Positions 8,120 to 18,194 of a stretch of 32,000 nucleotides of DNA are shown in pieces. Every line of letters starts with the position of its first letter. Position 1 is the stretch's first letter. The stretch spans positions 2,580,001 through 2,612,000 of the forward strand of contig NZ_CP065936.1 of NCBI RefSeq assembly GCF_003367075.2, in the 5' to 3' direction. This DNA comes from Cylindrospermopsis raciborskii Cr2010. Lineage in GTDB: Bacteria > Cyanobacteriota > Cyanobacteriia > Cyanobacteriales > Nostocaceae. The notes under the pieces are model-generated. The model was not told the origin of the DNA. It worked only from the letters and a program-made list of their open reading frames with translations, and made no database searches. A program made the position numbers and the translations under genes.

Positions 8120-8475
8120 GCTTCACCACATTCGTCTGCTAAATAACATAGCGCCCGAAATCTTAGATAGGTCAGCTGGTCATAAAAGGGATTGAGCTTA
8201 CACAAGGGGGGAATGTGAAACAGGACTTTTCCCAGTAGTTTTACATCCCGCTCAAAAGGACACTGGGCGGGAATTAGTTTACATAGTATGTGGGCAAAGT
8301 CTCGATCCTGTACTTTGATGTTATCTAACCAGTTACGCACAGGCCCCAGCATGTCCCATCCAGTCTGGGAATGCTGTTCTTCGTTGACCACACTACCGGG
8401 ATTTGCTTCCATTTGGTGTGGCGATACCCAACTGGTCAAAAAAATCTTTTTGGTTGTATTCTCAAATACTTTCAT
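8116..8475 (-). CDS. Mo-dependent nitrogenase C-terminal domain (Mo-nitro_C)-like small protein
   Basis: Start was moved to ATG 8475 (MKVFENT...), which has AAGAGGAG upstream. The Cys-containing motifs LCKLIPAQCPFERDV and IPPLCKLNPFY...LRFRALCYLADECGE match my recollection of this cyanobacterial family. Assignment is from memory, not a search. Confidence 0.55.
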   Translation of the reverse strand: MKVFENTTKKIFLTSWVSPHQMEANPGSVVNEEQHSQTGWDMLGPVRNWLDNIKVQDRDFAHILCKLIPAQCPFERDVKLLGKVLFHIPPLCKLNPFYDQLTYLRFRALCYLADECGEA

Positions 8476-8658
8476 GTTTACTCCTCTTTTATGATGAGGG
8501 TTGTTTGTGACTGATGAATATACAATTTGACAATTACTTCTACCGGAAGAATAGTTTGTTGCCCACAGTTTTTGATAACTTGGCACCTCTCCAATTCTAG
8601 TTCACACCTGAACCTTTACATGAGTTTGGTGACTAACGTAATGAATCTTAACATATCT

Positions 8659-8695
8659 GGGGAAAGGTGGCAACATGTTGATTTCCACCTCTCCC
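8659..8695 (-). terminator. Possible stem-loop just downstream of the rnj stop
   Basis: GGGGAAAGGTGG (8659-8670) and CCACCTCTCCC (8685-8695) can pair, with G-U pairs on the minus-strand RNA. It starts 5 nt after the rnj stop. There is no clear U-tract. Confidence 0.35.
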
Positions 8696-8700
8696 AGTTC

Positions 8701-10470
8701 CTATGAAGCCACAGCGGTAGAACGGGGCCTTCTTCTTCTACCATCAGAAGCTTTAACTGTGGTTTCGGGTAATTGTTCGGGAACTTGTAGTAACAATGTT
8801 ACGGAAGCCTGACATTGTAATTCCCGCCGCAGTGAACGACCTAACTCTTTCTCTAGGGTGTCTTGCAGTCCACCCCAGTCTACATCATTACTACCTGCGG
8901 TGCAAAAATCAGACCAACGAACACTCAGAATTTCTTCAATCCGCTGCTGTACCCACTTCAATAGTAGCGATCGCTCGATGCTGGTGACTACACCTCGGAG
9001 GTAGATTTCTGGTTTAGCCAGCAGTTTGCCATTCCAATCAATAGCTGCTGCTACTGTTGCTAGTCCTTCTGCTGCCATAGTTTGTCTTTCTTGTAGGACT
9101 TTGGCGCTCACCATTCCTGAACTGGTGGTATCTACTAGCTCGATACCGGAGGGGACTTGAGCTGCAATGCGGATGGAGTTTTCTGTTAGTTCTATCACAT
9201 CTCCATTGCGGATGATTACCATATTTTCTCGGGGAATTCCCATACTTTGGGCGGTTTCCGAGTGTTTAACCAACATCCGATGTTCCCCATGGACAGGTAC
9301 AAAAAATTTAGGACGGGTTAGAGCTATCATCAGTTTCTGCTCTTCCTGACAACCATGACCAGAAACGTGTACTCCTTTCTCCCTACCGTAGACTACTTTG
9401 GCTCCCTGGATCATTAGTTTGTCAATGGTGTTGACCACGGCAATAGTATTACCAGGAATGGGGTTGGCAGAGAAAACTACTGTGTCTCCCTCTCGAATTT
9501 TGATATGGGGGTGTTCTTTATTGGCAATGCGGGTCATGGCGGCCATGGTTTCCCCTTGGGAACCAGTGGTCAGAATCACTACGTTCTCATCCGGTAAGTT
9601 GCGAATGGTATGTAAGGGCTGAAATAGACTATCTTCACACTTGATGTAACCCAGGTTACGGGCATGGGCAATGAAGTTCAACATTGAACGCCCTATGACT
9701 GTTACCACCCGATTATGCTCCTTGGCCAGCTGTAACACTATGTTGATCCTATGAACGCTGGAAGCAAATGTGGTGACAAATAGTCTTCCCCTCGCTTGGG
9801 AGAATACCCGATCCAGATTAGGATAAACCGCACGCTCTGAAGGAGTGAAACCTGGCACCTCCGCATTGGTTGAGTCGCTCAGGAGACATAATACTCCCTT
9901 TTCTCCATGTTCTGCTAGACGCTGTAAATCAAAGGTTTCTCCGTCTATGGGCGTGTGGTCAATTTTGAAATCCCCTGTGTGAATTACCACGCCTATGGGA
10001 GTATGAATGGCAACCGTAAAACTGTCCGCTATGGAATGGGTATTGCGAATATATTCCACAAAAAAGGATTTGCCAATGCGCACCACGTCACGAGGCATTA
10101 CTTTTCTTAATTGGGTGCGATCGCTCACTCCTGCTTCTTCTAGTTTTCCTTCCAGTACAGCTAGTGCCAATCTGGGACCGTAAATAACTGGGATATCAAA
10201 CTGTTTCAGGTGAAATGCTATGCCACCTATGTGGTCTTCGTGACCATGGGTAACAATCATTCCCCGAATCTTATGCTTATTTTCTCTCAAGTATGTGGTG
10301 TCAGGTAACACTATATTCACACCGTGCATAGCTCCTGTAGGGAAAGCCAGACCAGCATCCAAGAGGATAATTTCATCCTCGTACTCGAAAACACATGTGT
10401 TTTTCCCTATTTCGTGCAGTCCCCCCAAGGGAATAATTTTGAGGGTAGAATTAACTTCGTTTCTAGCCAT
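8701..10470 (-). CDS. rnj: Ribonuclease J (metallo-beta-lactamase / beta-CASP)
   Basis: 589 aa. KIIPLGGLHEIGKN..., the VTHGHEDHIGG zinc motif, and beta-CASP region motifs are present. It has an Arg-rich C-terminal tail. Confidence 0.93.
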   Translation of the reverse strand: MARNEVNSTLKIIPLGGLHEIGKNTCVFEYEDEIILLDAGLAFPTGAMHGVNIVLPDTTYLRENKHKIRGMIVTHGHEDHIGGIAFHLKQFDIPVIYGPRLALAVLEGKLEEAGVSDRTQLRKVMPRDVVRIGKSFFVEYIRNTHSIADSFTVAIHTPIGVVIHTGDFKIDHTPIDGETFDLQRLAEHGEKGVLCLLSDSTNAEVPGFTPSERAVYPNLDRVFSQARGRLFVTTFASSVHRINIVLQLAKEHNRVVTVIGRSMLNFIAHARNLGYIKCEDSLFQPLHTIRNLPDENVVILTTGSQGETMAAMTRIANKEHPHIKIREGDTVVFSANPIPGNTIAVVNTIDKLMIQGAKVVYGREKGVHVSGHGCQEEQKLMIALTRPKFFVPVHGEHRMLVKHSETAQSMGIPRENMVIIRNGDVIELTENSIRIAAQVPSGIELVDTTSSGMVSAKVLQERQTMAAEGLATVAAAIDWNGKLLAKPEIYLRGVVTSIERSLLLKWVQQRIEEILSVRWSDFCTAGSNDVDWGGLQDTLEKELGRSLRRELQCQASVTLLLQVPEQLPETTVKASDGRRRRPRSTAVAS

Positions 10471-10538
10471 TGTCTCCTAGATATTGTGTCAGTGATCCGT
10501 CAGTTGAAAGTTAGATTTATCGTATAAAATAGAACTCT

Positions 10539-10566
10539 TGTATATCATCTCCCCCAATATGGTCAA
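10539..10566 (-). promoter_or_regulatory. Candidate sigma70-type promoter for rnj (TTGACC-N16-TATACA)
   Basis: The minus strand reads TTGACC (reverse complement of 10561-10566), a 16-nt spacer, then TATACA (reverse complement of 10539-10544), about 70 nt upstream of the rnj ATG. Motif match only. Confidence 0.25.
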
Positions 10567-10750
10567 CCACTAAACCCTGGGGGAAAGATACTCGGTGTGT
10601 ATTTTGTCAAGGTACTTTGTTTATATACATTTTCACATTCTTATTAAAGTTTTAACAATTGTTACTTAGAGATGAAAACTCTTCACTGCGTAGGTAATCC
10701 TTATCATTCTGCTTATAAAAGTACCAATGAAGATATTTTAAAATGGTGAT

Positions 10751-11635
10751 TCAGACCAATTTCATTTCGCACAACACCGTTTTTAATTTCTGACATACTT
10801 CCATATCAGCTTCTAATAGTGGCAGACGCAGGGATCCCACATCCCAACCAGTTATTTTTAGGGCTTGTTTAACGGGAATAGGGTTGGCAGTTAAAAACAA
10901 AGCCTTAAACAGGGGAAAGAGTTGTAGATGAATCTCGGTAGCAGTTTTAACTTGCCCAAGACTAAAGGACTCAATCATTTGTTTAATTTGATTACCTACT
11001 AAATGGGAAGCCACGCTAACCACTCCTTTGGCCCCAATTGCCAGTAGGGGTAGAGTCAGGGAATCATCTCCAGAGTAGATCTGAAACTCCTGTGGTGTCA
11101 AGCGGCGAATTTCGCTGGTTTGATCCAAATTACCACTAGCTTCTTTAATTCCCACAATGTTATCAATTTCTGCCAGTCCCATAACTGTTTCTGGAATTAA
11201 ATTTTGACCTGTTCTGCTAGGAACATTATATAACAGAACTGGCATATCCGGACAGGATTTGGCGATCGCCTGGAAATGGTTATATAGTCCTGATTGGGGA
11301 GGTTTATTGTAGTAGGGTACCACTTGTAAAGAACCATGTACACCCAATTTGGCTGCTTTTTGGGTAGCTGCGATCGCCTCTGTAGTGGAATTGGAACCAC
11401 AACCTGCAATCACCTGAGCTTTTCCCGACACAGCTTGTAGTACCTCAACAAACAGCTGGTATTCTTCATCCCAGCTGAGGGTAGGGGACTCACCAGTTGT
11501 ACCACATACTAACACAGTATCTGTGCCATTATCAACCAGATGGGAGGCCAATTTTCCTGCCAGATCGTAGTTAACGTTTCCCTCCGGTGTAAACGGCGTA
11601 ATCATTGCCGTTATGACTGTGCCAAAATCTCCCAC
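10751..11635 (-). CDS. dapA: 4-hydroxy-tetrahydrodipicolinate synthase
   Basis: 294 aa with a GTG start. TAMITPF...[12 protein letters not shown]...YYNKP...KEASG are DapA motifs. Confidence 0.93.
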   Translation of the reverse strand: MGDFGTVITAMITPFTPEGNVNYDLAGKLASHLVDNGTDTVLVCGTTGESPTLSWDEEYQLFVEVLQAVSGKAQVIAGCGSNSTTEAIAATQKAAKLGVHGSLQVVPYYNKPPQSGLYNHFQAIAKSCPDMPVLLYNVPSRTGQNLIPETVMGLAEIDNIVGIKEASGNLDQTSEIRRLTPQEFQIYSGDDSLTLPLLAIGAKGVVSVASHLVGNQIKQMIESFSLGQVKTATEIHLQLFPLFKALFLTANPIPVKQALKITGWDVGSLRLPLLEADMEVCQKLKTVLCEMKLV

Positions 11636-11696
11636 CCGTTTTTCACTCCTTACAATAAATTATTAAAAATGACTGACAATCCAGGCATACCGTAGT

Positions 11697-12716
11697 TTAA
11701 CCCAGAAGATTTTCTTTGACTAATAATTCAGCGATTTGTACAGCATTTAAAGCTGCTCCCTTGCGAATCTGATCGCCACATAGCCACAGTTCCAGTCCAC
11801 AGGGGTGGGAAATATCCTGTCTAATTCTACCCACCAAAACCTCATCCTTACCACTAGCCTCCATGGGCATGGGGAAATAATTCTTGTGCCAATCTTCCAG
11901 CAATTGAACACCGGGGGAACCACTTAAAATTTGCCTAGCAGTATCTGGAGCAAAGGGGGTGTCAAACTCCAGATTAATAGCTTCCGAATGGGCTCGCAGT
12001 ACGGGAACCCGCACACAAGTAGCAGTAATTCTAATATCTTGATTCCCGAATATTTTCCGGGTTTCATTGACCATTTTTAATTCCTCCTCACAATATCCCA
12101 TACTAGTCATAGGAGAGTTGTGGGGGAATAAATTGAAAGCCAGGGGATAGGGAAGAACCTGGGCCACGGGTTGTTTACCTTCCAATATAAACTGGGACTG
12201 GACTTTCACCTCTTCCATGGCTTTAGCTCCAGCACCACTGGCTGATTGATAGGTAGCAGCTACAATTCGTTTAACTGGTTTGACCTGATGTAATGGCCAA
12301 ACAACCAATGCCATAAGTATTGTTGTACAGTTAGGATTAGCAATAATGCCTTTATGATTTGCCGCCTCTTGAGGGTTCACCTCTGGGACAATCAAAGGCA
12401 CATCCGGGTGCATGCGGAAAGTGCTAGAATTATCTATAACTACCGCTCCCCTATCCACGGCCTTTGGGGCCCAAATTTTGGAGGTTCCACCCCCAGCACT
12501 AGCCAACACAATATCAATCTGGTCAAAGGATCGGTCATTCACTGACTCTATTACCAGATTTTCTCCCTGAAATTGGATAACCTTACCAGCACTGCGTTCT
12601 GATGCCAATAATTTTAAATTATCGACCGGGAATTTACGACTTTCCAGTAGTTCCAGTAGTTCTGTACCAACAGCACCGGTAGCACCTAAAATAGCTACAG
12701 AATAGGATTTAGACAA
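11697..12716 (-). CDS. asd: Aspartate-semialdehyde dehydrogenase
   Basis: 339 aa. It has a TTG start 6 nt after AAGGAG, the GATGAVG Rossmann motif, an active-site IANPNCTT, and SASGAG. Confidence 0.93.
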   Translation of the reverse strand: MSKSYSVAILGATGAVGTELLELLESRKFPVDNLKLLASERSAGKVIQFQGENLVIESVNDRSFDQIDIVLASAGGGTSKIWAPKAVDRGAVVIDNSSTFRMHPDVPLIVPEVNPQEAANHKGIIANPNCTTILMALVVWPLHQVKPVKRIVAATYQSASGAGAKAMEEVKVQSQFILEGKQPVAQVLPYPLAFNLFPHNSPMTSMGYCEEELKMVNETRKIFGNQDIRITATCVRVPVLRAHSEAINLEFDTPFAPDTARQILSGSPGVQLLEDWHKNYFPMPMEASGKDEVLVGRIRQDISHPCGLELWLCGDQIRKGAALNAVQIAELLVKENLLG

Positions 12717-12998
12717 ATGGGACTCCTTAAACTAATCATCCCTATTGTAGCAGAAAATCACCATGAGTAGAATGGATATGAGGTTGGCTAAAAACAACTT
12801 TTAGATAAAATAGGGAATGGACAATGGGGGCTGAGTTCCCAACACACACTATCTATTGCCCAAACTGCACAAAACTGATTTATAATTTCTAACGATTGCT
12901 GTTGATTATCAGCGACTACTACAACATCTGTACCCTAGCAAGTTAGTTAAATCAGATTACTACAGCTGTCAAGATAAAAATACCACAAGAGACCAAGC

Positions 12999-14360
12999 AT
13001 GAAAATTACCCAGGAAAAACTAGAAAAAAGCCAAATTGGACTAGAAATAGAAATTACACAGGAATCCACCAGAGAAAAGTACGAGCAAGTAATTAAAGAC
13101 TTAATGCGTAATGTAAACATTCCTGGGTTTCGTAAAGGCAAAGTAAACCGACAAATATTATTGCAACGTATTGGCGCAAATCGTGTTAAAGCATCCGTAT
13201 TAGAGGAATTAATTCCAGAAGCTATTGAACAAGCAGTTAAACAAGAGAATATAAAAGCCATTGGTCAGCCAAAACTGGTTTCATCTTTCGATGATCTTAT
13301 AGGTAAATACCAGCCAGGAGAAACCTTGACATTTTCTGCTGCAGTGGATGTGGAACCTGAAGTAAACATTAAACAATACACAGGAATGCAAATTAAAGCG
13401 GAGGAAGCCAAGTACGATTCCACCAAAGTAGATCGGGCCATTGAGGAAGAACGGGAGAAAATAGCGACCTTAGTCCCAGTAGAGGGAAGGGCGGCCCAAT
13501 TAGGAGATGTAGTGCTAGTGGATTTTAGTGGATCACTTGCGGAAACCCCAGAACAGGAACCCGCACTAATTCCTGGTGCCCAGGGAGAAGATTTTTCAGT
13601 GGACTTAAATGAGGATCGGTTTATTCCTGGATTTGTCACTGGTATAGTGGGCATGATTCCGGGAGAAACTAGGGAAATTCCAGCTCAGTTTCCCCATAAT
13701 TACCCCGATGAGAACCTGTCCAATAAAGCAGCATTATTTACAGTAACACTCAAGGAAATTAAGGAAAAAGAACTGCCAGAATTGGACGACAATTTTGCCC
13801 AAGATGTCAGTGATTTTAAAACCTTAGCAGAATTAAGAGCATCCTTGGAAAAACAATTTCAACAGAAGGTAGAAGAAAAAAATACTGAAAATAAGCACGA
13901 GGCTTTGTTGCAAGAGTTGTTGCAGCATGTAGAAATTGATTTGCCAGAAACCATGATTGAACAGCAGGTAGATCACAGACTAGAAAAAACTGCTTTTAAC
14001 TTGGCACAGCAGGGTTTAGACGTGAAAAGACTGTTTACCAAAGAAACTGTTGTTCAATTACGAGAAAATATACGGCCCTCTGCAATTGAGGATCTCAAAC
14101 GCGACTTAGCCATAAGAGAAATTGCTAAACGGGAATCAATCACAGTAGATAAGGAAGAAGTTAAGAAAAAAGCCGACGAGGTGTTACAACAATACTCTGG
14201 TGAAGACATAGATGTAAAGAATTTAAAGTTAGTATTAGGGATAGAGTTAGAAAGAGAGAAAGTTCTGGAGTGGCTAATTGCCAACTCATCCCTAGAACTA
14301 GTACCCGAAGGTTCCTTGAGTGGTGGAGACCAAGAACCAGAAACCGTCACACCTGAGTAA
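12999..14360 (+). CDS. tig: Trigger factor
   Basis: 453 aa. It carries the ribosome-binding signature GFRKGKV and an FKBP-like middle region, and sits in tig-clpP-clpX synteny. Confidence 0.93.
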   Translation: MKITQEKLEKSQIGLEIEITQESTREKYEQVIKDLMRNVNIPGFRKGKVNRQILLQRIGANRVKASVLEELIPEAIEQAVKQENIKAIGQPKLVSSFDDLIGKYQPGETLTFSAAVDVEPEVNIKQYTGMQIKAEEAKYDSTKVDRAIEEEREKIATLVPVEGRAAQLGDVVLVDFSGSLAETPEQEPALIPGAQGEDFSVDLNEDRFIPGFVTGIVGMIPGETREIPAQFPHNYPDENLSNKAALFTVTLKEIKEKELPELDDNFAQDVSDFKTLAELRASLEKQFQQKVEEKNTENKHEALLQELLQHVEIDLPETMIEQQVDHRLEKTAFNLAQQGLDVKRLFTKETVVQLRENIRPSAIEDLKRDLAIREIAKRESITVDKEEVKKKADEVLQQYSGEDIDVKNLKLVLGIELEREKVLEWLIANSSLELVPEGSLSGGDQEPETVTPE

Positions 14361-14367
14361 GAAGAAT

Positions 14368-14395
14368 GGGAAGACATTGTTTGTAAAGTCTTCCC
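14368..14395 (+). terminator. Stem-loop after tig
   Basis: GGGAAGAC (14368-14375) and GTCTTCCC (14388-14395) form a perfect 8-bp stem with a 12-nt loop, 8 nt after the tig stop. A T-rich stretch follows about 20 nt later. Confidence 0.45.
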
Positions 14396-14550
14396 GTGAA
14401 TAAATACCTAATTTTTCCCAAGAAACCACAAGAAAAGTAAATATAGGGCATAATGGTTAGCACAAACCCCAAAAACCTCGATATTTAAAAACCATACCCT
14501 CGCCTTCATTCTGTCCAAATTAGTCTAACTGAAGTTTTAAATATTTTTGT

Positions 14551-15264
14551 ATGCTTATATCACAGTCGGAAAATCCCCCAATCACTAGTCTGAGCACCAT
14601 GAATATCCAATGTGGTTATAATAACCTAAATCCTATTAGCCCTAGCAGTATTGTCCCCATGGTGGTGGAACAGTCTGGTATGGGGGAGAGAGCATTTGAC
14701 ATATACTCCCGATTACTGCGGGAGCGGATTATTTTTTTAGGAACGGCCATAGATGACAATGTAGCCAACTCTATAGTTGCCCAATTATTATTTCTGGATG
14801 CAGAAGACCCAGAAAAGGACGTTCAACTGTACATCAACTCCCCGGGAGGGTCTGTTTATGCAGGAATGGCGATCTATGATACTATCCAACAAATACGTCC
14901 TGATGTAGTAACTATTTGTTTTGGACTAGCAGCTAGTATGGGAGCATTTTTGTTAACCGCAGGGACTGCGGGTAAACGCATGTCTTTACCAGATTCACGG
15001 ATCATGATTCATCAGCCACTGGGTGGTGCCCAGGGACAAGCGATTGATATTGAGATCCAAGCACGCGAGATTCTTTATATTAAGGCTAACTTAAATCAAC
15101 TAATGTCAAAACATACTGGACAACCTTTAGAAAGAATTGAAGCTGATACCGAGCGTGACTTTTTTATGTCACCACAGGAAGCCAAAGATTATGGCTTAAT
15201 TGACCAGGTTATTTCCAGACAAAATCTCCCCTCATCCGGGGCACCAGTCACTATCGTTAAATAA
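14551..15264 (+). CDS. clpP: ATP-dependent Clp protease proteolytic subunit
   Basis: [19 protein letters not shown], the active-site Ser in [11 protein letters not shown], and His in RIMIHQP are present. The start is uncertain: ATG 14551 gives an approximately 35-aa N-terminal extension, and internal Met codons are possible. Confidence 0.9.
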   Translation: MLISQSENPPITSLSTMNIQCGYNNLNPISPSSIVPMVVEQSGMGERAFDIYSRLLRERIIFLGTAIDDNVANSIVAQLLFLDAEDPEKDVQLYINSPGGSVYAGMAIYDTIQQIRPDVVTICFGLAASMGAFLLTAGTAGKRMSLPDSRIMIHQPLGGAQGQAIDIEIQAREILYIKANLNQLMSKHTGQPLERIEADTERDFFMSPQEAKDYGLIDQVISRQNLPSSGAPVTIVK

Positions 15265-15274
15265 GAGGCTTGAT

Positions 15275-16615
15275 ATGTCTAAATACGATTCACACTTAAA
15301 ATGTTCGTTTTGCGGCAAGTCTCAGGAGCAAGTGCGGAAGTTAATAGCAGGTCCGGGAGTATACATCTGTGACGAATGTGTTGAGCTGTGCAACGAAATT
15401 TTGGACGAAGAACTGTTAGATGCTAATAATGCGGCCAATTCTTCACCACCCAAACCAGAACAAACTCCAAAACGTCGCACTAATTCTGCTAATATCTCCC
15501 TGAATCAAATTCCTAAACCCAGGGAAATTAAAAACTACTTAGATGAGCACGTTATTGGGCAGGACGAGGCAAAAAAAGTGCTTTCTGTTGCTGTTTACAA
15601 TCACTACAAACGGTTAGCAGTAGCTCAAGGTAAGGCAAATGACAAGTCCCCAGGAGAGGACAGTGTGGAGTTACAAAAATCCAACATTCTCTTAATTGGT
15701 CCTACTGGTTGTGGTAAAACCCTATTAGCTCAAAGCTTAGCCAAAATCCTAGATGTTCCCTTTGCTGTAGCAGATGCCACAACCTTAACAGAAGCAGGAT
15801 ATGTGGGAGAAGATGTAGAGAATATTCTCCTGAGACTATTACAAGTTGCCAACTTAGATGTGGAAGAAGCACAAAGAGGAATAATCTACATTGACGAAAT
15901 AGATAAGATTGCTCGTAAGAGTGAAAACACTTCCATTACCAGAGATGTATCTGGTGAAGGGGTACAACAAGCCCTTTTAAAAATGTTAGAAGGTACTATT
16001 GCCAATGTACCACCACAGGGGGGACGTAAACACCCCTATCAAGACTGCATTCAGATTGACACCAGCAACATCTTATTTATTTGCGGCGGAGCTTTTGTCG
16101 GTTTAGAAAAAGTAGTAGATCACAGAGTGGGGAAAAAGTCAATGGGCTTTGTCCAATCTGGAGAAGGGCAATCTAGAGAAAAACGGGTAGCAACCACCCT
16201 TAAACAATTAGAACCCGATGATTTAGTTAAATTTGGCATGATCCCAGAATTTATCGGACGTATGCCAATGGTAGCAGTGGTGGAACCCTTGGATGAGGAT
16301 GCTCTCATGGCTATTCTCACCCAGCCACGTAGCGCTTTAGTCAAGCAATATCAAAAACTGCTTAAAATGGATAATGTAAACCTGGAGTTTAAAGAGGAAG
16401 CATTAAGTGCGATCGCCCAGGAGGCGTACCGGAGAAAAACAGGAGCCAGGGCGCTACGAGGGATTGTAGAGGAACTAATGTTAGACGTAATGTATGAGTT
16501 GCCATCTCGTAAAGATGTAACCACCTGCACAGTGACAAGAGAGATGGTAGAGAAGCGTTCTACAGCCGAATTGTTAGTTCATCCTTCTTCTTTGCCCAAG
16601 CCAGAATCTGCTTAG
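15275..16615 (+). CDS. clpX: ATP-dependent Clp protease ATP-binding subunit ClpX
   Basis: [17 protein letters not shown]...YICDEC is the zinc-binding N-domain. Walker A is GPTGCGKT and Walker B is IIYIDEIDK. The track start at 15200 was rejected because it overlaps the clpP 3' end. Confidence 0.95.
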   Translation: MSKYDSHLKCSFCGKSQEQVRKLIAGPGVYICDECVELCNEILDEELLDANNAANSSPPKPEQTPKRRTNSANISLNQIPKPREIKNYLDEHVIGQDEAKKVLSVAVYNHYKRLAVAQGKANDKSPGEDSVELQKSNILLIGPTGCGKTLLAQSLAKILDVPFAVADATTLTEAGYVGEDVENILLRLLQVANLDVEEAQRGIIYIDEIDKIARKSENTSITRDVSGEGVQQALLKMLEGTIANVPPQGGRKHPYQDCIQIDTSNILFICGGAFVGLEKVVDHRVGKKSMGFVQSGEGQSREKRVATTLKQLEPDDLVKFGMIPEFIGRMPMVAVVEPLDEDALMAILTQPRSALVKQYQKLLKMDNVNLEFKEEALSAIAQEAYRRKTGARALRGIVEELMLDVMYELPSRKDVTTCTVTREMVEKRSTAELLVHPSSLPKPESA

Positions 16616-16737
16616 ACTAAATAGATAAAAGAGTTTGGGGATGAGATACAGCAAAAATTGTCCCCCTATTCTTTATCAATCCTGTGGGAGGTATTCGGGA
16701 AAAAGCTATATATTATATGGATTATAATTAGCGGTTT

Positions 16738-17586
16738 ATGGCTTATATAGAAGTTCGCGGTGTGAATCACTACTATGAATGGATAAGAAAACCATCGGAA
16801 ATAGCAAAACCGGTGATAGTGTTTTTGCATGGTTGGGCAGGTTCTTGTAGATATTGGCGTAGTACAGCCGAAGTATTATCGGAGAGATTTGATTGTTTTT
16901 TGTATGATTTAAGAGGTTTTGGCAGTTCCGAATGTCAGCCTAAGAATAATCAAGAAAATATTAAATTAAGCTATGAACTAACAGAATACGCGGAAGATCT
17001 AGCAGTTTTATTAAACCAATTGAACCTAGAGCGAGTGTATATTAACGCTCATTCCATGGGAGCTTCAATTGCCACCTTATTTTTCAATCGTTATCCCCAA
17101 AGAGTGGTGAAAGGAATTTTGACTTGTAGTGGAATCTTTGAATATGATGAAAAAGCCTTTGCTGCATTTTATCAATTCGGTGGTTATGTAGTTAAATTTC
17201 GCCCCCAATGGTTAACCAAAATACCCTTAGCTGACAGAATGTTCATGGCGAGATTTTTGCATCGTCCAATTCCTGATAGTGAAAGAATAGCCTTTTTAGA
17301 AGATTTTGTAGCTGCGAATTACGATGCAGCTTTAGGGACAATTTTCACATCTGTAAGCAAAGAACAAGCAGAAACCATGCCTGATGAATTTGCCAAATTA
17401 ACAGTACCCACATTATTAATTGCTGGAGAACATGATATCATTATTCCTGCTGATCTTGGGAAAAAAGCAGCCAATTTGAATGATAAAATTCAGTTGGAAA
17501 TAATCCCTGATACAGCTCATTTTCCCATGTTAGAGGATCCGGAGACTTATTTAGAGAAAGTACAAGGTTTTCTAGTCAGTAGCTAA
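16738..17586 (+). CDS. Alpha/beta-fold hydrolase
   Basis: 282 aa with an HGW oxyanion-region motif, an AHSMGAS nucleophile elbow (GxSxG-like), and a C-terminal DTAHFP His. Confidence 0.75.
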   Translation: MAYIEVRGVNHYYEWIRKPSEIAKPVIVFLHGWAGSCRYWRSTAEVLSERFDCFLYDLRGFGSSECQPKNNQENIKLSYELTEYAEDLAVLLNQLNLERVYINAHSMGASIATLFFNRYPQRVVKGILTCSGIFEYDEKAFAAFYQFGGYVVKFRPQWLTKIPLADRMFMARFLHRPIPDSERIAFLEDFVAANYDAALGTIFTSVSKEQAETMPDEFAKLTVPTLLIAGEHDIIIPADLGKKAANLNDKIQLEIIPDTAHFPMLEDPETYLEKVQGFLVSS

Positions 17587-17604
17587 TATTTAGGGAGGGA
17601 AAGT

Positions 17605-18072
17605 ATGAGTGTTGGCAATTTAGAAGACTTAGGGTTAGGAGATTTACAGCAACTGCACGAAACAGATGATTACCAGTGGTTGTTGACCAACATTAAATTA
17701 TTGAGGAATAAGCAGTTTGACCAGCTGGATTTAGAAAATTTAATTGAGGAATTAACTGACCTGGGTAACGAGAAAAAAAATGCAGTAGAAAGTTGGTTGC
17801 AACAGGTTATTAGACACTTATTACTCTATCAGTATTGGCATGTGGAAATTGAGAGAAGTTCCGGACATTGGCAAGCGGAAATTTACAACTTTCGAGATCA
17901 GGTAAATAGTAAATTAACCAGTAAACTACGTAGCCATCTAGTTGCAGAAATGCCAAAGATTTATCAAAGAGCTTTAGGTTACGTACAACGAAAAACAAAC
18001 CATCAAATTGATTTTCCTAGAGAATCTCCCTATAGTCTAGAACAATTGCTAGATATTAATTATCTTGGTTAA
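17605..18072 (+). CDS. DUF29 family protein (intact copy)
   Basis: 155 aa. DYQWLLTNIKLL...FDQLDLENLIEELTDLGNEKKNAVES...LL..YW matches the four-helix DUF29 pattern common in cyanobacteria. GGGAGGG lies upstream of the ATG. Confidence 0.7.
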   Translation: MSVGNLEDLGLGDLQQLHETDDYQWLLTNIKLLRNKQFDQLDLENLIEELTDLGNEKKNAVESWLQQVIRHLLLYQYWHVEIERSSGHWQAEIYNFRDQVNSKLTSKLRSHLVAEMPKIYQRALGYVQRKTNHQIDFPRESPYSLEQLLDINYLG

Positions 18073-18073
18073 C

Positions 18074-18168
18074 TAAGTGGGTGGAATTAAACACAAGATC
18101 AACGTAGGTTGGGTTAAGGAACGAAACCCAACGCCCCCATGGGTTACCTTACCGCTACTTAACCATCA
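18074..18168 (+). repeat. MITE-like dispersed repeat, copy C
   Basis: This is the reverse complement of copy A (6077-6173). Its central hairpin is GTTGGGTT-aaggaacga-AACCCAAC. It begins 2 nt after the DUF29 stop (18070-18072). Boundaries are approximate. Confidence 0.6.
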
Positions 18169-18194
18169 GTAAATGAACAGCTTAGAGGTAAATT

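Noticed and set aside
10672-10749. 25-codon plus-strand ORF (MKTLHCVGNPYHSAYKSTNEDILKW) in the dapA-rnj spacer.
   Set aside because: It has no RBS, lies on the opposite strand to the surrounding operon, and its composition is unremarkable. An ORF of this size is expected by chance.
13265-13654. Antisense or shadow ORFs in the track. Examples: 620-889, 2395-2586, 3047-3328, 6681-6878, 6712-6933, 8288-8494, 8796-8987, 9167-9349, 9398-9622, 10295-10527, 11197-11409, 12354-12545, 12947-13261, 13265-13654, 14054-14377, 16120-16344, 17810-17998, 19019-19270, 19628-19819, 21213-21398, 22195-22380, 23068-23283, 23711-23929, 24229-24507, 24698-24925, 26471-26749, 27450-27668, 27766-28218, 28531-28713, 28863-29057, 29436-29708, 30756-30968.
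   Set aside because: Each lies wholly or largely inside, or opposite to, a well-supported conserved gene. Their composition is low-complexity or Ser/Pro/Cys-rich, typical of non-coding frames, and none shows a recognisable motif or ribosome-binding site.
16633-16668. Weak hairpin (GGGGAT...GTCCCC) after clpX as a terminator.
   Set aside because: The stem is only 5-6 bp and the loop about 20 nt. That is too weak to call.
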